Below, piece by piece: positions 47,170 through 57,260 of a DNA stretch of 64,000 bases. Source of the stretch: Candidatus Melainabacteria bacterium (lineage in GTDB: Bacteria; Cyanobacteriota; Vampirovibrionia; 2-02-FULL-35-15); the NCBI GenBank assembly GCA_023250155.1, contig JAHFBG010000010.1, forward strand, positions 17,832 through 81,831, written 5' to 3'. The position numbers and the translations under genes are program-made. Below the pieces are notes generated by a model. It was given only the letters and a program-made list of their open reading frames with translations. It did no database searches and was not told the origin of the DNA. How positions within the stretch are numbered: position 1 is the stretch's first letter; every line of letters begins with the position of its first letter.

Positions 47170-50100
47170 ATGGACATATTTGAATCTAAGCTTTTTACCC
47201 CTATTGCCTACCTTTTAGGATGGGCTCCATACCATAAAAGAACAAAGGATTTGGTTAAGGCTGGTGCCACTCCTGAACATCTACAAATCTATAATGAGTG
47301 TTTCCCAAAACTAAAATATAAGCACATAAATTATTATGACTCCTATAAATATAGAAAAGGGCAATGGGAGGACTTTAAGTTTCCAGAAACTTTTATAAGC
47401 TTAATCACTGCCAAGGTCTCACCAGAAACTATACAAACTTTTAGCAACATACTGGTAAAACTTTTTAACAACAGTAACAACAGTCAGGTTAATCCTGCTT
47501 TACTTGACCTAACACTTAAAGGTACAAAACCAGAGTACTTATCATTGTATGATAGGAATTTTGATCATTTAAATTACCATGAGGAGTCATTTGTACAGTT
47601 TATACAATTAAACCCTACAACTGAACAGTTTAATTTATACGAAAAATTAATTAATATAGATGATTATGAACTCCGTCAATCTATTATAAAAGAATTTCCT
47701 GAGCTTCTAAAATTAAAACCCGACAAAAGCACATGGGATCAGCTTTCTAAACTCTTGGAGGAAAATATAAAGCTTGCAAATTATAAAAAGGCTTATGATT
47801 TGCTTCATAGCTATGTTCAATTAACCAATATACAAACTTCAGAAAACGAGGCTGATAAAGATCTCTTTATAAAAGCCAACTCCTACTATGAAGAAAAAGG
47901 ACTTGTTAAAGATGAGACACTTAATGATTTTGTACAATTACTAAAGAATAATGTAAAAAACCCTTTTCTAGATGATTATAATAATCTCTACAATGCCTGT
48001 AACAATAAGAAAATCAATCGAGATCTGTTTCTTAAAGCACATATATTAATAGCAAGCTTATCTCCATCTGAAACACAGTACTCACTTTACAAGAAACAGC
48101 TTCAATCTGAATATGAGCTAAATAATATTTCCTGGTTTTCTCAAGCATATGCAGAACTTATAAAAGCTAATCCTACAGATGAACAGTTTGAAATATATCG
48201 TGATGTTTCTAATAAATTCATTCAAGATAATTTACCATTACATCGTTTAATTAAAACTTTTGTTTCTTTACTAAATGAAAAAGTACCGAATGAAATTATA
48301 GCCTCAAAGCTTGAGACATATTATAAGTTGCTCTCCTTTATAAAAGAATCACTATTCAAAACAATTCCTTCAAAAGACGATTGGGGTGATAGACAAAGCC
48401 GAGAATCTATCTTCAAGTATGGGGATTCTGCCTATGGAAATATTAGTGAGTTAACAAACTTAATTAAGCTTAATCTCTCAGATGAGCCGTTAGAAGCATA
48501 TAAAAAACTAATTTCATCACATACATTTCAAAGTGTCGATCCATTAACAAAGAATTTTATTGATTTATTAAAAACCAATCCATCAAATGAATATTTAACC
48601 ATTTATAGTAAGGCCATTTCACTTTATCCATCATCATATAATACTGAGCAGTTTTCTAAACATCTTATAGCATTGATAAATGCAAAACCATCAAATGAAC
48701 AGCTTTTAATGTATATTCTAGCTTTAGAATCATATAGAGATTTATATGATAAAGAAAAGGCAAAATCCCAAAGCCACTATACATCTATAGTTACACTTGA
48801 TGAAATTGATAAGCTAACACTAAAGCATGCTGAAACAATAAAAGCATTAAATAGTTACCCGGCTTTAAAACCATTTTTAGACAAATTAAACCCAAAAATA
48901 AAAAATCAAATTGAGCACATAGTAATAGGTAGCAAAAGTGATAACAATGATAACTGTGCAGATGTTATTAATGCATTGAAAAGCTTTATAGATACTAATC
49001 CTACTAATGAACAATGGGATTCATATAATAAGATTACTGGTTATCATCTAGAAAAAGGCTTACCAATTGTTCCGTTAACAAATTCATTTGCAGAGTTTAT
49101 TTCCAATAACCCAAGCAAGGAAAACAGGGATTTATATAATACTCTTATTGCCTACCACATGGAACATGGATTTGCTTTAGATACACTATCTCAAAGCTTA
49201 GTAAACATCTTTAAAACTCAATCTAATAAAGAACAGTTAGCAACAGTTATTCGAACCATTGAAGAAATTAAGAACAAAGAGCGACAGCTTAGTAGTTTTC
49301 TACAGTTCGTTTCAACATCAAATATATTAAACTCTTCCGACAAACTTCTTAGTGGAGTTATTGATGTAATTACTTACTTCCCTGAAGAAATTGTAAAAAA
49401 ATATGATTTGTTTGCTGAGTTACAAACCCTTATAAAAGAAGGGTGCTCTAACGAACACATTAAACTCTATAAAGAACTCTTGGATTTTTGTATAAAAAAC
49501 AAACAAGACTTTACTGGTTATTACTGCAATCATAAAAATCTTATACATGAATTTGTAAAAGAAAAATATCCAATACAACCATTAATCAATTTTAAAAATA
49601 GTTTACTCGATGGGCAGATCAAATCTCAAGAAGATATAACAAAATATCTTACTGAGATAACACATCATTCTGTAATTTATAAGATACTTAGATCAAATGG
49701 TGATAATAAAGCTTTAAAAACAAAACTAATGAACAGTGCACAAACAGATGAATTGCCTGTACCTATTTATTCTGACTCTAACCGTAGTTCTTATAATCCT
49801 GAAGCTATAAAAATGCAACAAGAAACAGAAAAAACACTTGTAAGACTTCTTGATGTTAATTATGGTTTTAGTGCTTTAACTTTTGACTGTAAGCGCCCTC
49901 CGTCAAAAGAACCACCTCTTCTAACTCGCTTTGGAAATGATGTTGGGAAGATAGAGTACATTAATGCTAAGGATATAAATGCTTTTCCAGGAAAAGGATT
50001 CTCAATATCAAAATTTAATCTAAATAAAGTATTTGTAGCTGATAAAACAAACTCAACCGATCCTTTTCATACTTATAAAAAAGCTTGGGACTGGTCAAAA

Positions 50101-51135
50101 GAAATATTTGATGATTTGCCAAACACTGAGTTTGTTTTTACACGTGGCTTTATAGCAATAATTAACAAAGATGAAAAGTTTAAATTAAATGGAGTTCCTT
50201 ACAGTTATCTTATATTAAACAATCATCATCACAACAAAGGTTGTGATACGGCATATCTAGTCCCAACTGAAGTTTTAGAAAATAAGTTAAAGAATACAAA
50301 AGTTCCTTATGAAGACTATACTGGATTTTCTCAAGCTCATAAGGATGCTAATGATATAGGGCTTAAACTAGAAGAGCTAATTCAAGCATCAAATGAAATA
50401 AAAGCACCAGTACTGAATCTAGGCTGGGGAAGTAATTTTGCCGGTGGTCTATGTAATGCTTATCCATTAGACTCTGAACCGTTGTTTGCATGGGAAAAGG
50501 AATTGAGAGATGGTCATACAAAAGATGTCTGGGGACATGTTCACAAATCACATATTACAGGAGATTATACAAGTTCTTTTACTAGCAAATTAAAAGCAAA
50601 GTTAGAACCTTTAAAAAAGGCTCATGACGATATTTATTCTATTACAAATAAATATCAAAACCTATTTGATATTTTTAGAATTTCATTTGCTTTATGGCAT
50701 AAGGGGCAAACCATTGGTGAAAGAACTCTTGATCCTACTGATGATGAATTATCACAAGGGTTTGAAAATCAAAAATTGGATTTAAATGATATAAATACTA
50801 CACAAAACCCAAACTCACTTAGAATGCTTGTCGAAGCATACAAATGGCATGAAGCACGAAAGAATGGAATTGATGATCCTAATTACTTCCCAATACTTAT
50901 AATAAAAGATACTTTTGATTATTGGACTCAGCCTAAATCACCTATTATGCTTGATACTTATGACATGACTTTTCATATGGATGGAAAAAACATCCCATTT
51001 AGTACTGAAGAAATAGGTGACATTGAAAAAGAAGTTTGGTCTAAGCTTGTAATACCACAGCTAATAGGAACCACAAAAGATTTAGTCTTCTATGACAGAA
51101 GAGATCTACCAAATAATGGAGGTACAAACCAATGA
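47170..51135 (+). CDS. Giant helical-repeat protein, paralog 3
   Basis: 1321 aa; same C-terminal motifs. Confidence 0.85.
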   Translation: MDIFESKLFTPIAYLLGWAPYHKRTKDLVKAGATPEHLQIYNECFPKLKYKHINYYDSYKYRKGQWEDFKFPETFISLITAKVSPETIQTFSNILVKLFNNSNNSQVNPALLDLTLKGTKPEYLSLYDRNFDHLNYHEESFVQFIQLNPTTEQFNLYEKLINIDDYELRQSIIKEFPELLKLKPDKSTWDQLSKLLEENIKLANYKKAYDLLHSYVQLTNIQTSENEADKDLFIKANSYYEEKGLVKDETLNDFVQLLKNNVKNPFLDDYNNLYNACNNKKINRDLFLKAHILIASLSPSETQYSLYKKQLQSEYELNNISWFSQAYAELIKANPTDEQFEIYRDVSNKFIQDNLPLHRLIKTFVSLLNEKVPNEIIASKLETYYKLLSFIKESLFKTIPSKDDWGDRQSRESIFKYGDSAYGNISELTNLIKLNLSDEPLEAYKKLISSHTFQSVDPLTKNFIDLLKTNPSNEYLTIYSKAISLYPSSYNTEQFSKHLIALINAKPSNEQLLMYILALESYRDLYDKEKAKSQSHYTSIVTLDEIDKLTLKHAETIKALNSYPALKPFLDKLNPKIKNQIEHIVIGSKSDNNDNCADVINALKSFIDTNPTNEQWDSYNKITGYHLEKGLPIVPLTNSFAEFISNNPSKENRDLYNTLIAYHMEHGFALDTLSQSLVNIFKTQSNKEQLATVIRTIEEIKNKERQLSSFLQFVSTSNILNSSDKLLSGVIDVITYFPEEIVKKYDLFAELQTLIKEGCSNEHIKLYKELLDFCIKNKQDFTGYYCNHKNLIHEFVKEKYPIQPLINFKNSLLDGQIKSQEDITKYLTEITHHSVIYKILRSNGDNKALKTKLMNSAQTDELPVPIYSDSNRSSYNPEAIKMQQETEKTLVRLLDVNYGFSALTFDCKRPPSKEPPLLTRFGNDVGKIEYINAKDINAFPGKGFSISKFNLNKVFVADKTNSTDPFHTYKKAWDWSKEIFDDLPNTEFVFTRGFIAIINKDEKFKLNGVPYSYLILNNHHHNKGCDTAYLVPTEVLENKLKNTKVPYEDYTGFSQAHKDANDIGLKLEELIQASNEIKAPVLNLGWGSNFAGGLCNAYPLDSEPLFAWEKELRDGHTKDVWGHVHKSHITGDYTSSFTSKLKAKLEPLKKAHDDIYSITNKYQNLFDIFRISFALWHKGQTIGERTLDPTDDELSQGFENQKLDLNDINTTQNPNSLRMLVEAYKWHEARKNGIDDPNYFPILIIKDTFDYWTQPKSPIMLDTYDMTFHMDGKNIPFSTEEIGDIEKEVWSKLVIPQLIGTTKDLVFYDRRDLPNNGGTNQ

Positions 51136-51374
51136 AAACACAATTTTTTTCTGTAAGACCCGTACTATTAAAGACAGCTACAGCTCCACCAATAGCACCA
51201 CCTGAGCCTGAAGTAGAACCAATTGTAGAGCCAGAAACAGAGCCCGCTGAAAGACCTACACCAACACAACCAATTCCACAACCAGTTCACCAGCCAACTC
51301 CAACCGTAGTTCCTGAACCAGGTCCTACACCAGATGGTGAGCCACTCCCTGGAATATGTCCTATTATTAGATAA
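51132..51374 (+). CDS. Pro-rich small peptide 2 (candidate precursor/partner)
   Basis: GGAGG RBS inside the upstream gene, ATGA overlap; C-terminus GEPLPGICPIIR matches peptide 1. Confidence 0.8.
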   Translation: MKTQFFSVRPVLLKTATAPPIAPPEPEVEPIVEPETEPAERPTPTQPIPQPVHQPTPTVVPEPGPTPDGEPLPGICPIIR

Positions 51375-51981
51375 TTTTGGCTACCACTCTAACAGGAGCC
51401 CCATCCAGGTTAAATTTTACCGGTAGTGCAATAACTTCAAAATTTTCTATGTTAAATAATTGTTCTAAATTAGTTAGGTTTTCTATGATTAAAATTTCTT
51501 TTTCTAATAAAATCTTATGAATCTTAAATGGGGCTCTGTCAGGGCTGGGTGTATCTATTCCTACGATTTTTACATCAAGCTTAACGACCTCTCTTGCAAA
51601 TGCCTCAGTTATTTCTGGATAATTTTTATAGTAATCTTCACTTCCAAATCTTTTATATAAGCCAGTCATTATGAAAACAATACTGTCTTTTTTAATAGAC
51701 TTGCCTTCCAATAAATCAATATCAATTTTATCTTTTCCTCTTGCATCAAGCAGAATCCCATTTCCAAAAAAGCGTTCAATATTTATTTCAGAAAGTCTCT
51801 TTCCATTTTCTAACATGTGAAAAGGTGCATCAATATGAGTACCAACGTGCATGCTTGTTTTAACCTCATACCTTGTACAACCCTTTCCACACATATCAGA
51901 GACTTGTTTAAACTCAGGTTTTGAATCCCCTGGATAAACTGGCATGTTTTCAGTAAAGGTGTGAGTTAGATCTATTAGCAT
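51367..51981 (-). CDS. Cyclase family protein (kynurenine formamidase KynB-like)
   Basis: IDLTH, MPVYPGD, HVGTHIDAPFH, GIDTPSPD, IIENL, DGAPVRV. Confidence 0.9.
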   Translation of the reverse strand: MLIDLTHTFTENMPVYPGDSKPEFKQVSDMCGKGCTRYEVKTSMHVGTHIDAPFHMLENGKRLSEINIERFFGNGILLDARGKDKIDIDLLEGKSIKKDSIVFIMTGLYKRFGSEDYYKNYPEITEAFAREVVKLDVKIVGIDTPSPDRAPFKIHKILLEKEILIIENLTNLEQLFNIENFEVIALPVKFNLDGAPVRVVAKII

Positions 51982-51985
51982 ATGT

Positions 51986-52420
51986 TTAGAGTGATTTAAT
52001 CGATACAGATTCTACTTCATTAATAACACTTAAAAAGAACTCTTTGTCTTTCTTATGAGTAAGAAGCTCTGATATTTTATTTTTTTCTACCCATCTAGCT
52101 TCTGGATTGTCTGGATCAATGGGCTTTAAATCGATTTCTTCTGTAGTAAATAAAAACATATAAATTACTTTTAATTCAGATGTATCATCACCACCATCTA
52201 ATGAGATTTTATATCGTTCATAAGTAGGAAGTTCTTTTATAAGTTTTAATTTTCTTATTCCTGACTCTTCATAGATTTCTCTTACAGCTGCTTCAAACTT
52301 TTCTTCACCTTCATCGATATGACCTTTTGGCAATGACCATGAGTTATTGTTTTGGTTTACCACTAAAACTAAACCATCTTTATTTATTACGACTCCACCT
52401 GCACTGTATGTTTGCTTCAT
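51986..52420 (-). CDS. Nudix hydrolase
   Basis: SAGGVV; WSLPKGHIDEGE...AAVREIYEESG Nudix box. Confidence 0.9.
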   Translation of the reverse strand: MKQTYSAGGVVINKDGLVLVVNQNNNSWSLPKGHIDEGEEKFEAAVREIYEESGIRKLKLIKELPTYERYKISLDGGDDTSELKVIYMFLFTTEEIDLKPIDPDNPEARWVEKNKISELLTHKKDKEFFLSVINEVESVSIKSL

Positions 52421-52761
52421 AAGTTAAAGGCTTCCTTCATTTTTTCATTCAATTCTCTTTGAAGCTTATTCCCAAGATATCCTAGTTTTCCTAAAATCAA
52501 ATTTCTATGTAGTGTTACCATTCTATATGTTCTTACTTTACTTGGAACTAAAAGTCCTGTTTGATAAAATTCAGAATGGTTCTTTGAAATTATAAATTCA
52601 CCCTTTTTTAGAATTTCTAATTCTTTTGAAGTAATCATTATTAGAGTGAAAGTCATGTTGTCTTCTCTTGCCCAAACTACAATAGCAGGACGTTTCTTAC
52701 TCCTTTTCAAAGTATCAAAAGGAAAATTCACTAAAACAATATCTCCCTTTTTTAGTCCCAT
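52417..52761 (-). CDS. MazF/PemK-family toxin
   Basis: GDIVLVNFPF...KKRPAIVV...MITS...GLLVPSKVR. Confidence 0.88.
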   Translation of the reverse strand: MGLKKGDIVLVNFPFDTLKRSKKRPAIVVWAREDNMTFTLIMITSKELEILKKGEFIISKNHSEFYQTGLLVPSKVRTYRMVTLHRNLILGKLGYLGNKLQRELNEKMKEAFNL

Positions 52762-53027
52762 TGAATTGGCTTTATATTAACTTTATTGTAAATATCATCA
52801 TCTTCTAAATCAGAATAGACTCCACCTAATGACTGTATTTTATATAATTCCTTATCTGTGAAGTCAGTATCAATATTTTTTTCCAAGTAGCTTTCAAGCA
52901 AATATTTGGCCATATTTGGCAAAGACCTTTTAAGTTTTTTAGCTTCTTTTGCAAGTTTTTTGTAAGACGTATCTTGAAGCCTAATATGAACTATTTTTTC
53001 ATCTTGTTTTGTCATCTTGGATTTCAT
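52752..53027 (-). CDS. Putative antitoxin (ribbon-helix-helix-like)
   Basis: VHIRLQDTSYKKLAKEAKKLKRSL RHH-like pattern, acidic tail, overlaps the toxin start. Confidence 0.7.
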   Translation of the reverse strand: MKSKMTKQDEKIVHIRLQDTSYKKLAKEAKKLKRSLPNMAKYLLESYLEKNIDTDFTDKELYKIQSLGGVYSDLEDDDIYNKVNIKPIQWD

Positions 53028-53177
53028 ATACCCAATAATAGCAAAAAATAACAAAATAGAGCAAGATCATACTGTACCTTATAAAGGATAAAGTCTAAAT
53101 TGGGTTAAGAAATCTTTCTCTTAACCTGACTATAAGTAATAACAGGTAACTATTCAGGTACTTCACAATATAGCGTA

Positions 53178-53540
53178 ATGCAACCAAATCTATACCAGTT
53201 AATAAAGCGAGGTTTGTCCAATTTATTTGGCAAACCGAGCGATCTATGCAAAGGTGGCTCTGAGGAGCAACGTCACCGCAAGAGCCACCTGGGTAAAAAC
53301 AATAACAGTTCTCTTAAGAAAAAAATGATATATTGTTTAGATTATATGAAACTAAAACTAGAAACCCACAGAATTGTTCCCCAAGCTCCAAAAGTAAATC
53401 AGTTTGATGTAGAAGCTTTTAACAAAGCAGCTGAAACACTTTTAGATGAACTAGAAAAAGATTTAAAAGCTAAAAGTCAAACAACTAAGCCAACTACAAA
53501 AATAGACAATAAAGATATAGAATCTTGGGATTTTAATTAG
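53178..53540 (+). CDS. Hypothetical protein (start uncertain)
   Basis: 120-aa ORF. Confidence 0.5.
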   Translation: MQPNLYQLIKRGLSNLFGKPSDLCKGGSEEQRHRKSHLGKNNNSSLKKKMIYCLDYMKLKLETHRIVPQAPKVNQFDVEAFNKAAETLLDELEKDLKAKSQTTKPTTKIDNKDIESWDFN

Positions 53541-53565
53541 CAATTATTTGATTATAATGAACTAA

Positions 53566-54942
53566 ATGAAGTTTACTTTATTTATAATAGGTTTATTACT
53601 TACTTCTTTGTTAGTATTGTCAATAAATCTTTCTACATTAGGCAATAATGACAATTCATACTTATATCAGGTTTCATCATCAGGCTGTAGTACAACTCAG
53701 ATAAATTCATGTAGCATTTGTCCTATCTGTATAGGATTAGATCCTGATACTTGTATGTGTTCTCCTAGTGGTTGCGAAAATCAATGCACATCTAGTTCTT
53801 CATCTGGAGGACTTGCTTTACCGTTTGGAAATAGTTGTACTAGTACTCAGACATTAACTTGCAGTAATTGTGATATGTGTAATTCAATAGATCCTGTCAC
53901 TTGTATGTGTAGTCCACCAGGTTGTGAAATTCAGTGTATATTAGTCCCACCACCACCCACCACGCCAACATGTGGCATTACAACCACTTCATGTAATTGC
54001 CCACTCTGTACTTCTGTAGATATCTCCACCTGTACATGTCAACCAAGTGGCTGTGAAGGCTTATGTTCTCCACCTATATCTTCAAGTGGATCACCATCAA
54101 ATATTCCATTCTGTTCAAATGAAACTCCTACTTGTCTTTCTGGAACTCCTGTTTGTACTAGTGGTTTTGTTGGAGTTGTAGAATGCAGACAGATTGCTCT
54201 TGATACACCTTTTATAGTTGGTTGTACAGTTAGTAATTCATTTGTCACAGACAATGCAATTTGTAGTTCTTCTGATGGGAGCTCAAGCACATCCACAGGA
54301 TCACAAAATTCAAATATCATCACTTATATTATTGTTGATGGTCCTGGAGCAGGAACTCAAATATTTCAAGAATCTGGAACTGGAACATCTATAATAAAGG
54401 ATTCAAATCCAATTACTGAAGCAGAGGGAATCATTAATTTCCCTAACAAAAAAATATGTCCCGGTCCATTGGCTCGTTTTAATGGAAGATTATTTGGGTT
54501 ACGAGATCCTAATCTTTTAATGTGTGGATGGGGGCATGTGATTCTTATTAACGATTCATCAAACGAGCTTAAATCTATTTCATCAATAATCATGAAAGAA
54601 CTAAGCATAAAACAAAGTGTTAACCAAGAGGGTTCTAATATTACCTTAATTCTCAATGATTTAACCAATACAATTGAAGATATAGAAGATCTTCAAAATA
54701 CTATTACACTAATGAGTAGTATAAAAACATCTAAAGCTAATACTGAAACTATCCTCAACAAACTACAAGAGTCTATTAGCAATAGTAAATCTGCTATTAG
54801 TGTCATAAAAAGACTAGAAAAATTTAATTTGCCAAGAGAAAAAAAGAAAAATATTAAAGCAGCAAATAGTAAACTAGACAGCTCTATAGAATTTGCAAAA
54901 AGTACGTTACCACTTATATTCAAGAGTACAAGTAGTAAGTAG
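53566..54942 (+). CDS. Secreted Cys-rich repeat protein with helical C-terminus
   Basis: Signal peptide; three CxxC..DxxTCxCxPxGCE repeats; SSSSSGG linker. Confidence 0.75.
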   Translation: MKFTLFIIGLLLTSLLVLSINLSTLGNNDNSYLYQVSSSGCSTTQINSCSICPICIGLDPDTCMCSPSGCENQCTSSSSSGGLALPFGNSCTSTQTLTCSNCDMCNSIDPVTCMCSPPGCEIQCILVPPPPTTPTCGITTTSCNCPLCTSVDISTCTCQPSGCEGLCSPPISSSGSPSNIPFCSNETPTCLSGTPVCTSGFVGVVECRQIALDTPFIVGCTVSNSFVTDNAICSSSDGSSSTSTGSQNSNIITYIIVDGPGAGTQIFQESGTGTSIIKDSNPITEAEGIINFPNKKICPGPLARFNGRLFGLRDPNLLMCGWGHVILINDSSNELKSISSIIMKELSIKQSVNQEGSNITLILNDLTNTIEDIEDLQNTITLMSSIKTSKANTETILNKLQESISNSKSAISVIKRLEKFNLPREKKKNIKAANSKLDSSIEFAKSTLPLIFKSTSSK

Positions 54943-54951
54943 TTTAACAAT

Positions 54952-56589
54952 ATGAAAATAATAAAATATTTTTCTCTTCTCGTTTTAATATGTTTAGTTA
55001 CTACACAAGTTAGTGCAATCACTCCACCAATCGAAAACAAGGCAATTCACTGGGAAAACTGGTCAGAAACAATCTTTGACAAAGCAAAAGAAGAAAACAA
55101 ATTAGTTATATTAGATCTTGAAGCAGTCTGGTGTCACTGGTGCCATGTCATGCATGAAAAAACTTATACAGACTCATCAATCACCAAATTAATAAATTCT
55201 CATTTTATTGCAGCACGTGTGGATCAAGATTCACGTCCTGACTTATCAAATCGCTATAGAGAGTATGGTTGGCCTGCTACTATTATATTCAATTCACGTG
55301 GTGAAGAACTTATAAAGCGAGCAGGATATATTACACCTGATGAACTAGGAATAGAATTAAAGAACGTAATAGAAAATCCCATACCTGAAAAACCAAAATT
55401 AAACTTGTTCAACATCAAATATTCAACTGAGCCTTATTTATCAAAAGAACTACAAGAAAAATTAATTGAAATGCATAAAACAAGCTTTGACACTAACCTT
55501 GGTGGATTCAAATCTTACCAAAAATACTTAGATAGAGATACAGTAGAATACTCTATTCTATGTGCTAACAATGATAATAAAGAAGAAAAAGAAATGGCTA
55601 GGAAAACACTAAACGCTTCACTTATGTTAATTGATCCCATATGGGGAGGTGTATACCAATACTCTACAATGGGAGACTGGAATTATCCTCATTTTGAAAA
55701 ATTATCAACACTTCAAGGTGAGTACATGAGAATCTATTCACAGGCTTATACCTCATTCAATGATCCAAAATATCTCCAGGCAGCTAAAGACATATATCGA
55801 TATATAAAAACTTTTTTAACAAGCCAAAAAGGTCCATTTTATGTTAGTCAGGATGCTGATTTAATCCAAGGAGAACATAGTCATGAATATTTTGTATTAG
55901 ATGATGCCTCCCGTCGCAAATTAGGTATACCAAGAATAGATAAGCATATTTATTCAAGCCACAACGGTTTAATTATTAATGGATTAGTTAGCTTATATAA
56001 AGCTACAAATGATGAGCAATATTTAAACGATGCAATCAGTGCAAGCAAATGGATAATTAAACACAGAGCATTTAGAGGAAGTATTTCTAAAACAATAGTA
56101 TGGATATTTTCCAATCCTGGTTCACTTCATGATATTTTACAAGCCATACAATGGATAGTTATTAATAAAACATGGTCAGAACGCGGATTTAGGCATAGTG
56201 AAATGGATGTAGCAGGTCCATACTTAAGTGACACCTTGTATATGGGTCAAGCATTTTTAAGTTTGTATCTTGTCACAAATGATAGAAAGTGGTTAGCTCT
56301 AGCTGAACAAACCCTAAGATTTATAAATAAAAATTTTGAAGCTCCTATAGCAGGATACTTAACATCAAAACCATCATGTGAAACCTGTGCAGCAAGAAGA
56401 CCTGATTCATTGGTCGATGAAAATATTATTTTAACTAGACTTGCAAATAATGTGTTTAAACAAACTCAGAATGATTATTATCATAGTATTGCTAAGCATG
56501 GGATGCGTTTTTTAGCTACTGAAGAAATAGCTACTCAAACAATTACAGAACCTGGAATATTGCTTGCTGATATAGAATTGAAAATTTAG
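54952..56589 (+). CDS. Thioredoxin/DUF255 (YyaL-like) protein
   Basis: WCHWCHVM, VDQDSRPD, GWPAT, PHFEK, PRIDK. Confidence 0.85.
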   Translation: MKIIKYFSLLVLICLVTTQVSAITPPIENKAIHWENWSETIFDKAKEENKLVILDLEAVWCHWCHVMHEKTYTDSSITKLINSHFIAARVDQDSRPDLSNRYREYGWPATIIFNSRGEELIKRAGYITPDELGIELKNVIENPIPEKPKLNLFNIKYSTEPYLSKELQEKLIEMHKTSFDTNLGGFKSYQKYLDRDTVEYSILCANNDNKEEKEMARKTLNASLMLIDPIWGGVYQYSTMGDWNYPHFEKLSTLQGEYMRIYSQAYTSFNDPKYLQAAKDIYRYIKTFLTSQKGPFYVSQDADLIQGEHSHEYFVLDDASRRKLGIPRIDKHIYSSHNGLIINGLVSLYKATNDEQYLNDAISASKWIIKHRAFRGSISKTIVWIFSNPGSLHDILQAIQWIVINKTWSERGFRHSEMDVAGPYLSDTLYMGQAFLSLYLVTNDRKWLALAEQTLRFINKNFEAPIAGYLTSKPSCETCAARRPDSLVDENIILTRLANNVFKQTQNDYYHSIAKHGMRFLATEEIATQTITEPGILLADIELKI

Positions 56590-57251
56590 TCTTCAGTATA
56601 GGGTATTATTTTGGGTTTTTTATCTTCAGGTGGATTAACGATTTTTTCACTTATAGCTAGAGCATGTTCTTTGACAAATCTAAGTACTTTGATAAACTCA
56701 AACAATTCTGTTTGAATCTCTGTATCCAATTTTAAAAACCCAACAAGTGCAGCCTGAAACAAGTCAGGCTCGCTAAGTAATTGTCTTTGATTTTCTCTTC
56801 TTTGAGAGCGCTTAATATTAGGCTCTTTTCTATCAATATCATAAACCAAATCATTCCCACCAAGATGATCCAAATCTCTTATATCCCTAATTCCTGCACT
56901 TACAATTAGATTGAGAAAATCTTTTGTATTAATTAAAGCATTATTGTATCGAGTTATATTTGATTGAGTTTTAAACTCTTCAGGATAAAGCTTTGCACTA
57001 TCTGCTTCTATAATTAATCTAATCAATTCATCAAGTCCATTTTCTTCAAGCGTTTTAAGGCTTGCTTTAGCTTCTTGAATAAAATGGGGTTGATCATCTT
57101 TAAGAATGTCTTGTAGGATAATCTTATGAAATTCTTGTCCTTTTACAGTATGTATACCATTCCTATTATTTAATAGTGATATTGCTCTTTCCCAATAAGG
57201 AGATACTGAAAAAGCATAGAGTCGTGCTGGTTTCATAACAATAGATAACAT
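56586..57251 (-). CDS. Hypothetical protein
   Basis: 221-aa ORF. Confidence 0.65.
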   Translation of the reverse strand: MLSIVMKPARLYAFSVSPYWERAISLLNNRNGIHTVKGQEFHKIILQDILKDDQPHFIQEAKASLKTLEENGLDELIRLIIEADSAKLYPEEFKTQSNITRYNNALINTKDFLNLIVSAGIRDIRDLDHLGGNDLVYDIDRKEPNIKRSQRRENQRQLLSEPDLFQAALVGFLKLDTEIQTELFEFIKVLRFVKEHALAISEKIVNPPEDKKPKIIPYTED

Positions 57252-57260
57252 GTATAAATC

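Noticed and set aside
39173-51135. Giant ORFs as Cas9/Cas12/Cas13-like effectors or polymerases because of their size
   Set aside because: No RuvC, HNH, paired HEPN or polymerase motifs recognised, and no array nearby.
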